Virus record (IMG/VR): IMGVR_UViG_3300021476_000274
Coordinates: 1 to 48,888 of that record
Origin: a virus
Lineage: Duplodnaviria; Caudoviricetes
Direction: 5' to 3' (one strand)
DNA: 48,888 nucleotides
Shown one piece after another: positions 37,421 to 46,043 of the stretch (its first letter is position 1; every line of letters begins with the position of its first letter). The position numbers were made by a program, and so were the translations under genes. The notes beneath the pieces are model-generated. The model was given only the letters and a program-made list of their open reading frames with translations. It was not told the origin of the DNA and did no database searches.

Positions 37421-37569
37421 ACTGCTACGGCTGGGTCGATCCATGTTTCGCGGCTCCGGACCCTTGCGCTGAAGCACAACAGCCAGGAGCATGCGCCCCA
37501 ACAGTCCAGTGGTTCTGGTGGCTGGCCGCGGCGGTTGCTGGCGCCGTCGTGATCGCGAGGCTCAAATGA
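37417..37569 (+). CDS. 50-aa tail-anchored peptide (missing from the ORF track)
   Basis: MNCYGWVDPC...WFWWLAAAVAGAVVIARLK; ATGA-coupled on both sides. Confidence 0.6.
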   Translation: MNCYGWVDPCFAAPDPCAEAQQPGACAPTVQWFWWLAAAVAGAVVIARLK

Positions 37570-38066
37570 GAATTTGGCGTCACGCACTCGCGGGCTTAGG
37601 CCAAGACGATGGAGGAGTTGATCTCTCGACGCTTCCGCTGGGAGGCGAAACGTCTCTTCCGGTCGATGTTTCGGCCCCAATCGATCTCTCGACCCTGCCG
37701 CTCAGTGCGGGCAGTTCAACGGGACAGCAATCTCTGATGGCGTCGTCTCTTACGACGGGATGCTATCCTGCCGATTTCACCGGCCCGCTGCCACCGGGGT
37801 CCGCCTATTGCACTAGTCCGTCGGGACAATTGCTCAATGCTTCTGGGCAACCCGTTGCGACGGCTCGGCCCGGCATTACGATTCCTAGTCTGAATATTTC
37901 GGCTTTGCCGTTAACGTCGATTCCGCCTGCAGGCCAGCAAACTTTGATGGGATCTTCGCTCGCGGCCGTACAACCTGCCAGCAATTCGACCATGTTGTAC
38001 ATCATCGGCGCCGTCGCGGTGGTGGGCATTTTGCTCGCGATGTCGGGCGGAGGAAAACGCCGATGA
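37566..38066 (+). CDS. Tail-anchored virion membrane protein (GLG-Q leader)
   Basis: MRIWRHALAGLG|QDD; TM segment followed by KRR. Confidence 0.75.
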   Translation: MRIWRHALAGLGQDDGGVDLSTLPLGGETSLPVDVSAPIDLSTLPLSAGSSTGQQSLMASSLTTGCYPADFTGPLPPGSAYCTSPSGQLLNASGQPVATARPGITIPSLNISALPLTSIPPAGQQTLMGSSLAAVQPASNSTMLYIIGAVAVVGILLAMSGGGKRR

Positions 38067-38332
38067 TGGGCCAGACGCTCGTCAACCTGTTGCAGTCACC
38101 GGCGCTCGATCTGGGGACGTCTTCAAATTACGGCAATTGCTATCCTGCCGACTTCATGGGGCCGCTGCCTCCGGGATCGATCTATTGCACGAGTCCTTCG
38201 GGACAACTGCTCAATGCTTCTGGGCAACCGGCGGCGAATCCTCCGGCACCTGCGCAAACCGATTATAGCTGGGCCATCTATGCGGGTCTGGCGTTATTGG
38301 GATTGCTGGTCTTCGTCAAGGTGATCAGATGA
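38063..38332 (+). CDS. Tail-anchored membrane protein sharing a Cys module with the upstream gene
   Basis: CYPADFxGPLPPGSxYCTSPSGQLLNASGQP. Confidence 0.7.
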   Translation: MMGQTLVNLLQSPALDLGTSSNYGNCYPADFMGPLPPGSIYCTSPSGQLLNASGQPAANPPAPAQTDYSWAIYAGLALLGLLVFVKVIR

Positions 38333-38748
38333 CCCATTACGAAATCCTGGAGGTCTCGGATCGCGCGTCGGGCGACGTGATCGAAGCGGCTTGGAAAGTC
38401 CTGATGCGCCGGTTCCACACCGATGGTTCCGAGCCGGATGAAGAAAAAGTGCGGCTCTTGAACCAAGCTCACGACGTTCTGGAGAATTCGGAAAAGCGCC
38501 ACCGCTACGATTTGGAATTGGCGCAGAATCGCGCGGCCGCCGAACGGCTTAGGCAGACGAGCGAGCCGTCGTCAGTACATACCCGTTTCTATGCCCGGTC
38601 CGCTTATCCCAATGCCTATCCGCCCGATATCTTGCAGCAAGCCGCCATGCAGATGGGTCTCAACATCTTCGATATCGTCATGCGCGAGAATCCCGGGATC
38701 CGGGTATTCGTTAATGTTGCGGCCCAGTTCAGAAGGGGCGGCGCATGA
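38329..38748 (+). CDS. J-domain (DnaJ-like) protein
   Basis: THYEILEV...AW..L.RRFHTD...LNQAHDVL...KRHRYD. Confidence 0.8.
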   Translation: MTHYEILEVSDRASGDVIEAAWKVLMRRFHTDGSEPDEEKVRLLNQAHDVLENSEKRHRYDLELAQNRAAAERLRQTSEPSSVHTRFYARSAYPNAYPPDILQQAAMQMGLNIFDIVMRENPGIRVFVNVAAQFRRGGA

Positions 38749-38942
38749 ACCCCACGGCTTTACAAAATCTTTCGCTGCCCAGCGTTCCGAACTTGCCGGA
38801 ATGGATTGCGGCGGGCTTGGGCGTATACCTGTTTTTCAACGGCCATCAAGTCATCGGTGTGGCGCTGGCGGGCTGGTTCGGCTACCAAGCCATCACGGGG
38901 AATCCGCTCATTAGTTTGCAGATCGGGGGTACGACCATTTGA
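38745..38942 (+). CDS. Small membrane protein
   Basis: Two short hydrophobic segments. Confidence 0.6.
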   Translation: MNPTALQNLSLPSVPNLPEWIAAGLGVYLFFNGHQVIGVALAGWFGYQAITGNPLISLQIGGTTI

Positions 38943-39373
38943 GGATCGGGGGCCATCAATTGGGAATTCGCGGATTGGGGCAGACGACCACGCCACTGGC
39001 CAGCAGTTCCTTCTGCCCTCAGCCGGTTCCCGGAACGGACTGCGATCCCGCTTGTCCGTCTTGGTGCCCTTATGTGCCGTTCTCATCCGATATGTTCACG
39101 AGTTGCTGGCCGTGCTCGAATATCTGCCCGACCGGTCAGCAATGGGACACCACGAATTTGGTATGCAGCGCTACGCCCGCGAGCGTAGCGGCAGGACCAA
39201 GTGGCGCTCCGGGCGCATCGCCCTCCGGGTGTCCGGGATGGTGTTCCGGGATTCCATTCCCCAGTTATTTTCAACAATGCGGCCCATGTCTCCAGTCGCT
39301 TTCCGGTACACCCACGATGTTGGCGGTAGCCGTTGGGTTGGGGCTGGTTTTACTTTTGGTGCTTAAGAAATAG
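38939..39373 (+). CDS. Cys-rich tail-anchored membrane protein (GLG-Q leader)
   Basis: IRGLG|QTT; CPxWC occurs twice; TM segment followed by KK. Confidence 0.7.
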   Translation: MRIGGHQLGIRGLGQTTTPLASSSFCPQPVPGTDCDPACPSWCPYVPFSSDMFTSCWPCSNICPTGQQWDTTNLVCSATPASVAAGPSGAPGASPSGCPGWCSGIPFPSYFQQCGPCLQSLSGTPTMLAVAVGLGLVLLLVLKK

Positions 39374-39381
39374 GAGCAACC

Positions 39382-39918
39382 ATGAGAGTTCATCATTCAC
39401 ACCTGCGGGGCTTGGCCGATTTGGTGGCTTCGAATCCCGGTCTGCCGTTCTGGCCCTCGGCCGGTGGCATGGGCGATCTGGCCGATTTGGTGGCTTCGAA
39501 TCCCGGTTTACCGTTTTGGCCTTCGGGATCGGGCATGGGCGAGTTAGTTTATACCGGATATCCTATCGCCTATTTGGACAACATCCCCGGCATGTGGCCC
39601 GAGCCCGGGGCCACTGGCTTCGGAGATTTAGCGGATTTAGTCCATTCCAATCCGGGTCTGCCTTTTTGGGCATCCGGCACCGGCATGGGTTGCGGGTGCG
39701 CGGGAACCTGCGGGGGATGCGGTGGCGGCATGGGAACCTTGACGGACGATCTCAGCAGCATGTTCACGAACCTGACCAGCGGAAACTTTTCGCTCGCGTG
39801 GACCAACTTCACGACCGCCTTGACGGAACCGGTCATAGGCCCCGTGCAGGTCTGGATGCTGGCGGCTGGCGCTATCGCGGCCCTGATGGTGTTCCAGAAA
39901 AAGAGGGGACGCAGGTGA
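39382..39918 (+). CDS. Tail-anchored repeat protein (DLVxSNPGLPFW x3)
   Basis: AGGAG RBS; repeats separated by GMG/GFG; TM segment followed by KKRGRR. Confidence 0.8.
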   Translation: MRVHHSHLRGLADLVASNPGLPFWPSAGGMGDLADLVASNPGLPFWPSGSGMGELVYTGYPIAYLDNIPGMWPEPGATGFGDLADLVHSNPGLPFWASGTGMGCGCAGTCGGCGGGMGTLTDDLSSMFTNLTSGNFSLAWTNFTTALTEPVIGPVQVWMLAAGAIAALMVFQKKRGRR

Positions 39919-40352
39919 TCCCTGCTCATCATATTGGCGTGTTTGTTCCGGGCGTCGGAGAACTGGTGGCCTCCTCGCCAGGGCTACCATTTTGGCCGGG
40001 AGCAAGCGGGATGGGCGAAGTGGTTCCGACGGCGCCCATGTACCCCATCCCGCAAAATTCCGTCTTGGCGTATTCGTCCGGCGGAATGCAATATAGTGGC
40101 CCCCTGACGGGGATGGGCGCACTGTCGGACGATTTGAGCGCGATCGCGACGGCCATAACGGGCGGCAACTGGTCGGGCGCGTGGTCCAGTTTCATGACGG
40201 CCCTGTGCGAGCCGGTCATCGGTTCGGTTCGGGTGTGGATGATCGGCGGATCCGTGATTTTGTTGTGGGCGCTGTTTTTCAGCGACGGTAAGCATTCCCG
40301 GTATCAACGGAGCCGGCGGGCTTCGGCCGCGGCAAAAGCGGCTTACGCATAA
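39915..40352 (+). CDS. Paralog of the upstream repeat protein
   Basis: ELVASSPGLPFWP and GMGALSDDLS...EPVIGSVRVWM. Confidence 0.75.
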   Translation: MIPAHHIGVFVPGVGELVASSPGLPFWPGASGMGEVVPTAPMYPIPQNSVLAYSSGGMQYSGPLTGMGALSDDLSAIATAITGGNWSGAWSSFMTALCEPVIGSVRVWMIGGSVILLWALFFSDGKHSRYQRSRRASAAAKAAYA

Positions 40353-41585
40353 ATGACGAAACGAGTCACAAAACGAAATTGGCCTTGGTCCAAGCGGACC
40401 TACAGCGCAAAGCGTAAGACATGGACGCGCCCCAAAGGAAGTCCAGCCAGAGGCCGAAGCGTTTCGTCTCGCGTGCATTCGACCAGGATCAAGGCGAGCC
40501 TCAAGACCCCCAAAGCCAAACTCGCGAAAGTCTCGAAGCCCGCTAAACCGACCAAGATGCCCGCGCTTTTCGGCACACCTTATGAAAAACTGAGTCCCGC
40601 GCAACAGGCTCTGGTCCGCCGGGCCATGAATTACCAGCGGCGTAATCCGGGCGCAGGATCTTTCGAGCGCTGTGTTGCGGCGGTCTCGAAGCGCGGCGGC
40701 GTAGACGATCCGGCGGCCGTTTGCGCGGCCTCGAAAATGCGGACCCCCAAAGGCAAGCGGGAACTGCTAGCGGCGGCACGGGTCGGCCGGAGCAATCCGG
40801 GGCGAATGTGTCCGATGTCCGCGACGAATCCGTTCGCGGAGTTGAAGCAAGGCGGACGCAAAGCGGAAATCTACCAAACCGGGCGGCATGAATTCGGCGT
40901 CCGGATCGGCGCAGAGCACGAACAATTCAAAACCTACAAAGCCGCGCAAAGTTGGGCGCGCATGAGGCTGCATGAACTTTCGAATCCTAAGGGCCTCAAG
41001 GTTCGAGTCTTTCCGTTGCGTCACGGTCGTAAGAATCCGCTCGATGCGGCTCAAAAAATGAGCGAAGACTTCCATGGCTTTCCCTCTACCGAGGTCATGG
41101 AGTTTGTCGAACAGGTCCACTATCACAGCAATCTGTGGAGCATCGGGCCGCTGATCTCCATGACGATTCGGAACGGCAATGCCGAAGCCGTGTTGAGCGC
41201 TCCAGACCCAGCGACTTCACCAATTGCCGATGTCGTGTTCCTCAGTTGCACCGAAGACGGGCGCCAGATGATTCCGGTAGGCGGCGATCAAAAGATCCCA
41301 ATCGATCAGCTGATGGGCAAATTCGGCCTGAACCAGTACGATGTCAGGGACCACATGCTGATCGGCGAAATAAAATCCGTGACCTACCGAACGCGCAAAA
41401 TCTTCGAAGCCGACGGGCGAGAAGAAATCGATTTCTTTCACGACTTGGGCGAAGACCATAGCGACGGCGTGTTGCCGATCTTGATCTTCAAGCCCCGCAA
41501 CCCCAGCATGGAAATCGCGGGAGGCCGGTATTTCATCGGAAAAGTCGAGAAGGCATTGGGCGCAAGCCCGGGGATCGTGGGATGA
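40353..41585 (+). CDS. Protein with a basic N-terminal region punctuated by xNP motifs and a globular C-terminal domain
   Basis: RRNP, RSNP, ATNP, LSNP and RKNP separate the modules. Confidence 0.75.
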   Translation: MTKRVTKRNWPWSKRTYSAKRKTWTRPKGSPARGRSVSSRVHSTRIKASLKTPKAKLAKVSKPAKPTKMPALFGTPYEKLSPAQQALVRRAMNYQRRNPGAGSFERCVAAVSKRGGVDDPAAVCAASKMRTPKGKRELLAAARVGRSNPGRMCPMSATNPFAELKQGGRKAEIYQTGRHEFGVRIGAEHEQFKTYKAAQSWARMRLHELSNPKGLKVRVFPLRHGRKNPLDAAQKMSEDFHGFPSTEVMEFVEQVHYHSNLWSIGPLISMTIRNGNAEAVLSAPDPATSPIADVVFLSCTEDGRQMIPVGGDQKIPIDQLMGKFGLNQYDVRDHMLIGEIKSVTYRTRKIFEADGREEIDFFHDLGEDHSDGVLPILIFKPRNPSMEIAGGRYFIGKVEKALGASPGIVG

Positions 41586-42730
41586 ACTTCGTCTTCATAT
41601 CGACCGTGACGTTCGAGCCATGGGATTGGACCAACCCGGACCGTCAAGGCATCGGAGGTTCCGAGACCAGCCATATCGAAATGGCACAACGGCTCGCGCG
41701 GCTGCGCCATAACGTGATTTCGTTTGCGCCGACGCCGTTTCGCAATGTCGTTATCGATCCAGCCGGCGTTAACTGGCATTCCTTCGAGGACTTCCCGGAG
41801 TTTGCCGAAGCCAATCAGCACGATCGAGATTCGATCTGGATCATCTATCGCGCTCCTGAATTGATCGACTTCGTTCCTGCCTCAGCACCTTGCTGGCTGA
41901 TCTGCCAAGACGTGGATTACACCAGGGAAGGCCAGCAGATCAATCGTGAACGGCAAAAGCGATTAACGCGTCTGGTTGCGCTCTGCCAAACCCAAGGGCA
42001 ATATTTCCGGAACCGCTACCCCGCCGCTCGCGTGTCGGTTTCGTCGAACGGAATCAAACGCAGCCTCATCGATCAAATCGCGCTCGATCCGCCGGAACGG
42101 GACCCCCATCGTTTGATGTACGCCAGTTCCCCAGACCGCGGTATGGAATACTTGCTCGAAATCTTCCCCCGCCTCAGGGAATTGGTTGCGGACGCCGAAC
42201 TCCACATCTATTACGGTTTCGACAACATCGAAAAAGTCGTGGCGCACTACGGGAAGGATTCGCGTGTCGGGCAAAATACCGATCGACTACGGAGCCTTTT
42301 GGAACAGCCGGGCGTGACGTTTCACGGCCGCATGGGGCAGCCCGATTTGTTGCGCGAATGGTTCAAATCTTCGCTATGGGTCCATCCTTCGAACTTCACG
42401 GAAACCAGTTGCATCACCTGCATGGATGCCCAAGCCTGCGGAGCGATTCCGGTCACCACTCCCGTGTGGGCCATTGCGGAGAACGTCCAGCACGGCGTCT
42501 TCATCGACGGCAACGTTAAGGCATCGGCGCTCACGCGCGCCCGCTATGTGCTCGAAACCTTCAAGCTGATGGTGGATTCAGACCGGCAGACAGAGATCCG
42601 GGCCGACATGATGCCGTGGGCCATCGAAACATTCGATTGGGACGTGTTCGCCCGGCAATGGGAAGGATGGGGAAGGGCTGACATGGCCGCCCTCAGCTCT
42701 GCTGTCGAAATCGATGAGGTTCCGGCATGA
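41582..42730 (+). CDS. GT-B (family 4-like) glycosyltransferase
   Basis: GIGGSE, YASSPDRG and HPSNFTETSCITCMDAQACG. Confidence 0.9.
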   Translation: MNFVFISTVTFEPWDWTNPDRQGIGGSETSHIEMAQRLARLRHNVISFAPTPFRNVVIDPAGVNWHSFEDFPEFAEANQHDRDSIWIIYRAPELIDFVPASAPCWLICQDVDYTREGQQINRERQKRLTRLVALCQTQGQYFRNRYPAARVSVSSNGIKRSLIDQIALDPPERDPHRLMYASSPDRGMEYLLEIFPRLRELVADAELHIYYGFDNIEKVVAHYGKDSRVGQNTDRLRSLLEQPGVTFHGRMGQPDLLREWFKSSLWVHPSNFTETSCITCMDAQACGAIPVTTPVWAIAENVQHGVFIDGNVKASALTRARYVLETFKLMVDSDRQTEIRADMMPWAIETFDWDVFARQWEGWGRADMAALSSAVEIDEVPA

Positions 42731-43296
42731 GCACCATGATTTATCGCGACCAGTTCAGCTATCAACGGCTGTACTCGCGGGGCAAGATCTTGAACGTTGG
42801 GTCCAATACGGACGGTGCGGGTTTGGCCGCCATGGGAGCCGTCAACCTGGATTTGAGGCTCGTCGATCACGTGACCCACGAGGCGATGCCGGTCCATGTG
42901 CTGGCCGATGGCCGCGCCCTTCCGTTCAGCGGCGCTTTCGATAGCGTTGTGTTGGGCGAAATCCTGGAACACATGGAACACGCCGAAGCGGTGCTAACTT
43001 TGCGTGAAGCTCTCAGGGCCTTGAAGCCGGGCGGGCGCGTCGTCATCACGATGCCGCACGATCAACGCCGGGATGACGGCAGGCTTGAGGCTCCGGCGGG
43101 CGATGCCCAGTATTACGTCCGGCCGCAAAATGGGCACGGCGGAATCTTCGCCTATCATTATCGTTCAATCGGCTGGCCCGAGCTGGCCGGCTGGATTGCG
43201 GAAGCCGGGCTTACGGTACAGGAGCGCAGTCGAATCCATTACGTCTGGGGCGAGCACGGTTCTGGCGTTGTGGCAATCCGGGAGCAACCATGCTGA
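42727..43296 (+). CDS. Class I SAM-dependent methyltransferase
   Basis: ILNVGS...DGRALPF...FDSVVLGEILEH...LKPGG. Confidence 0.88.
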   Translation: MSTMIYRDQFSYQRLYSRGKILNVGSNTDGAGLAAMGAVNLDLRLVDHVTHEAMPVHVLADGRALPFSGAFDSVVLGEILEHMEHAEAVLTLREALRALKPGGRVVITMPHDQRRDDGRLEAPAGDAQYYVRPQNGHGGIFAYHYRSIGWPELAGWIAEAGLTVQERSRIHYVWGEHGSGVVAIREQPC

Positions 43297-43970
43297 CTCA
43301 TCGCTGTATCGGGACCATCGGCTACATGGGCGGCATCATGGCGGTGCCGGAAGAGTTTTGCTGGTCTTGGGGCAATCTGCTGCTCTTCACCCAGGAAGCT
43401 CTGTGTCAGCCGGGCGAGCACATCCATCCGGTGAGAACCAAACTCAGCCTGCACGATTATGCCCGCAACGATCTTTTGACGCAGATGCGCGGCGACTGGA
43501 TCTTGATGCTCGATTGCGACATGTCGCTAGAGCCAGATTTCTGTGCCCGCATGGTGAGGTTATTCGAACGCAATCACCTGGACGTTTTGACGGGACTCTA
43601 CAGTTATAAAAGCCCGCCCAATCTGCCGGTCGCATATCTGCTCAATCCCGCTACCGGCCGTCATGAAATTATCGCCGAATGGGACCGCACGCTTCCCCTG
43701 ATACAAATCGATTCGGCAGGAGCCGGGTGCCTGTTGATCCGGAGATCGGTATGCGAACGCATCACGTCAGAACTCAAAGAGAATCCGTTTGACCGCTATC
43801 CCGGCAAAGGGGAAGACCATTCGTTTTTCCTGAGGCTCGGGAAGTTGGGTATCCCGGCATGGATCGCGCAACACGCCGAAGCCGATCATCTGGCCTATTA
43901 CGGCGTCAGGACTTCACGGGACTACGTAACGGTTCCGGGTAAACAGACATTTGAAAGATTGGCACTTTAA
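43290..43970 (+). CDS. GT-A (family 2-like) glycosyltransferase
   Basis: ARN, ILMLDCD, GAGCLLIRR and GEDHSFF. Confidence 0.85.
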   Translation: MLTHRCIGTIGYMGGIMAVPEEFCWSWGNLLLFTQEALCQPGEHIHPVRTKLSLHDYARNDLLTQMRGDWILMLDCDMSLEPDFCARMVRLFERNHLDVLTGLYSYKSPPNLPVAYLLNPATGRHEIIAEWDRTLPLIQIDSAGAGCLLIRRSVCERITSELKENPFDRYPGKGEDHSFFLRLGKLGIPAWIAQHAEADHLAYYGVRTSRDYVTVPGKQTFERLAL

Positions 43971-43995
43971 CGAAACCCAAAGGAGACACTTTGAA

Positions 43996-44382
43996 ATGAA
44001 ATCCAAGCTCGTGGTATCCGGTCGCCGGCGCCAAAGTCAAAAAGGCACCGTCACCATCACGTATCTGTGGCCCTACACCGTTGCCCCGACGGCCGCACAG
44101 ATGCAAGGGGCGAATCCGAACTACACCGTCATCGCGACGGTATCGGCTTCGGCGGCTGCCGATACATCCGCCGTCATTACTCATGACTTCGGCCTGACGG
44201 CAGCCGAAATCACCCAGGGATTCCCGGTCGTCACGCTGGTGCCGCAAGACGGCAACGAAATTACGTCCGCGTGGTTCGAGGCTTCCGAAAATCCCAATTA
44301 CACGATCTTGCAAAAAGGCACGGTCGCGGCGGGCGGGACCCAGAAGGTCGTCATCCAGCGGCCCCATACGATCGGACGGTAG
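43996..44382 (+). CDS. Putative virion protein (beta-rich)
   Basis: AGGAGA RBS; T/A/V-rich strands. Confidence 0.65.
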   Translation: MKSKLVVSGRRRQSQKGTVTITYLWPYTVAPTAAQMQGANPNYTVIATVSASAAADTSAVITHDFGLTAAEITQGFPVVTLVPQDGNEITSAWFEASENPNYTILQKGTVAAGGTQKVVIQRPHTIGR

Positions 44383-44385
44383 AAC

Positions 44386-45144
44386 ATGCATGTCGAACGA
44401 ATTCGTCAAGTGGCCAACGGACGCCGGAACCGGCCCCGCGCCAAACGAAAGAGTGTAGTTAACCCGGCGCACATGTTGACGTTGGGTTTTTTGAACCCTG
44501 AAAGGAGATACATGCCAGCGAAAGCACATAAGAGAAAGCATCATCGCACGCATCGCAGGGCGCACCGGGCTACATCGAATGCTCGGAGGCGCACCTATAG
44601 AGCCAACCCGCATCACCGGCGTCGGTCCCGGAGAAATCCAGGAACCCGCGTCATTGTGATGGGGCCGCGGCACAACCGCAGGCGCAATCGTTCCCATCGC
44701 CCCAAAGGACGCAGGAATCCTGCGTTTTTCGGCACTACCACCAGTATTCCGAAATTGGCGGAATACATTGCCGGCGGTTTGATCGGCGTCACGATCAACC
44801 GCGCGGTTTTGCCCATGTTGCCCGCGGCCGTCACGAGCAATAACTTGTTCGCCGTCGGGGCCGCCATCGCGATCGCGGTCGCGGAATGGTGGGCCTTCAG
44901 TTTCGTGTCCAAAGACTTCGGCTCGGCCGTGGGTTTTGGAGGACTCATGAATGCGGGGTCCCAAGCGCTCAACGCATTTATCCCCTCGGTCGGCGCAACC
45001 GTGGGACTTTCGGGACGCCGGGGGTATGGCGATCTCGTGCCGTCTACGCCGGGCCTCCCGTTCTGGCCGTCATCGGCCCTGATGGGTGGCGGTCAGTATC
45101 AAGGGATGAGCGCCGCTTATCCCGTGGCTTACGGCAAGTACTAA
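44386..45144 (+). CDS. Arg/His-rich core protein with C-terminal TM helices
   Basis: RRNP occurs twice among other NP motifs, followed by hydrophobic helices and GYGDLVPSTPGLPFWP. Confidence 0.75.
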   Translation: MHVERIRQVANGRRNRPRAKRKSVVNPAHMLTLGFLNPERRYMPAKAHKRKHHRTHRRAHRATSNARRRTYRANPHHRRRSRRNPGTRVIVMGPRHNRRRNRSHRPKGRRNPAFFGTTTSIPKLAEYIAGGLIGVTINRAVLPMLPAAVTSNNLFAVGAAIAIAVAEWWAFSFVSKDFGSAVGFGGLMNAGSQALNAFIPSVGATVGLSGRRGYGDLVPSTPGLPFWPSSALMGGGQYQGMSAAYPVAYGKY

Positions 45145-45177
45145 GCCAAACCAAGAAAGGAAAAAGGAGAACAACTC

Positions 45178-45870
45178 ATGACCGCTTCTCAACAGATGGC
45201 CAATCAAGCCGCCGCCGTCGCCGCTCAACAGACCAGCGGGGCCGTCGCGCTGCAATCTGCCGTCGCTGCCATCACGCAGCAGCAGCAGTTCATCATCAAC
45301 TCGTTCAAGGGCCAGATTTATATTTCGAACTCCCTGGACGTTCAAGATACGCCCGTCTACGACACCATTACGTATGCGGCGGCCGGCGTCATCAACACGC
45401 CGAACTCAAGTTTCTTCACCAACGTGGAGAATTCGAGCGGCAAAAACTACGCCCAGACCAACATGACACAGAACTCGAAACTCGACGCTCCTGAAGCGTT
45501 CTCGGTGTTCGGCATTCGTGTGGGCTGGTCCGAAGACGTGCTCCGCAGTGATGTCCAAACGTTGCTCAATAGCTGGGCTTTCGAATTCTGGCTAGGCAAA
45601 AAGGAATACCAGCGTGCCAACATCCGGCATTTCAGCGCCGGCTGGGGCATCGCGGGATTCAGCGACAAAACCGGCGAGTCCGTCTACACGAATGGCTGGC
45701 CTTCGCGCGACGCCATGAACGTCGTGGCCGTCAAGCTCGTGATCGCCAATCAGATGACGTTTTTCGCTCAATTGACCAACGGCGGAACCCCGCAGACCCT
45801 TTCGGCTTCGGGCAACGGCCTCATCATGTTGTGCGAGTTGGTGGGATTGTACGCCCGAGGCGTGCAGTAA
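45178..45870 (+). CDS. Candidate major capsid protein (single jelly-roll-like)
   Basis: Strong AAGGAG RBS, 230 aa, beta-rich (PVYDT...FF...TNM...PEAFSVFGI), followed by a strong hairpin. The fold is inferred, not verified. Confidence 0.6.
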   Translation: MTASQQMANQAAAVAAQQTSGAVALQSAVAAITQQQQFIINSFKGQIYISNSLDVQDTPVYDTITYAAAGVINTPNSSFFTNVENSSGKNYAQTNMTQNSKLDAPEAFSVFGIRVGWSEDVLRSDVQTLLNSWAFEFWLGKKEYQRANIRHFSAGWGIAGFSDKTGESVYTNGWPSRDAMNVVAVKLVIANQMTFFAQLTNGGTPQTLSASGNGLIMLCELVGLYARGVQ

Positions 45871-45894
45871 AACCTGTCCGCATAACAACCGCTT

Positions 45895-45927
45895 GGTGGT
45901 GCCCGCACACTTCGAAGGGGCACCACC
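45895..45927 (+). terminator. Stem-loop after the capsid candidate (terminator or mRNA-stabilising hairpin)
   Basis: GGTGGTGCCC...GGGCACCACC, a perfect 10-bp stem with no clear U-tract. Confidence 0.5.
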
Positions 45928-45949
45928 CGACCTTATATATATACGAGCA

Positions 45950-46030
45950 GCAGGATGGTCCACAGCGCGTGGGAAACGAACGAACGCCCCGGAGTGCTGG
46001 CCGCGAGTAAGTCCAGTAAATCCATCCTGC
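45950..46030 (+). ncRNA. Candidate structured RNA leader
   Basis: GCAGGATGG...CCATCCTGC forms a closing stem around internal stems, just before the RBS of 46044. Confidence 0.35.
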
Positions 46031-46043
46031 AAATTGAGGAACC

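Noticed and set aside
33461-39914. Long N-terminal extensions of ORF-track calls 33461, 35641, 37491 and 39333
   Set aside because: They overlap better-supported genes in other frames. Coupled starts at 34070, 36259, 37566 and 39915 fit better.
43906-44964. 352-aa minus-strand ORF and similar antisense ORFs
   Set aside because: These are shadow frames of GC-rich genes with no recognisable motifs.
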